Made by a program: the position numbers and the translations under genes
Origin: Promethearchaeum sp.
Lineage (GTDB): Archaea; Asgardarchaeota; Lokiarchaeia; Sigyniarchaeales; Promethearchaeaceae
Length of the DNA: 24,000 bases
Assembly: GCA_030611625.1 (NCBI GenBank)
Contig: JAUWPK010000002.1
Location: forward strand, 1-24,000
Reading direction: 5' to 3'
Notes under the pieces: model-generated
Told to the model about the DNA's origin: nothing
Databases searched by the model: none
The model's input: the letters and a program-made list of their open reading frames with translations, nothing else
In this document: positions 23,997 to 24,000 of the stretch, piece after piece
Position numbering within the stretch: the stretch's first letter is position 1
How the letters are laid out: the number at the start of each line of letters is the position of its first letter

Positions 23997-24000
23997 CTTA

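Noticed and set aside
1-24000. Defence island, prophage or integrated element signature across the window
   Set aside because: I could recognise no integrase, recombinase, transposase, toxin-antitoxin, restriction-modification, Cas or phage structural motifs. The tRNA is not flanked by a visible direct repeat of its 3' end. The gene content is mostly chromosomal housekeeping with uniform AT-rich composition.

Overview
The window is a strongly AT-rich, densely coding chromosomal segment that looks archaeal. The evidence for that is an intron-containing tRNA, short XPF-type nucleases, T-run gene ends and very short or leaderless 5' regions. A eukaryote-like actin-family gene points, by inference only, to an Asgard (Lokiarchaeia-like) genome. 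I support about 25 protein-coding genes, one gene remnant and one tRNA. I saw no rRNA, CRISPR array, transposase or integrase. Ordinary metabolic and housekeeping genes are FolD, a PurF-like amidotransferase, an acyl-CoA dehydrogenase, a stomatin/SPFH protein, a 5'-nucleotidase-family phosphoesterase, a SAM methyltransferase, an amidohydrolase and a CPBP protease. Several unusual genes sit among them. (1) An actin-fold protein carries an insertion of about 170 aa with two CxxC...CxxC zinc ribbons. (2) Just upstream is a head-to-head pair of ERCC4/XPF paralogs, one with an intact nuclease motif and one degenerate, which resembles eukaryotic XPF-ERCC1 or Mus81-Eme1. (3) The degenerate XPF paralog, a ModE-type wHTH regulator, the actin-like gene and a membrane-anchored, sequon-rich alpha/alpha-toroid-repeat surface protein form one co-directional string. 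(4) A MASE1-like membrane sensor ends in a CxxC...CPxC module. (5) A J-domain-less protein has eight DnaJ-type CxxC motifs. (6) A PurF homolog lacks the N-terminal nucleophile cysteine. (7) tRNA-Phe has an intron of about 30 nt in the T-loop. All family calls come from reading motifs in the translations by eye. No searches were run.
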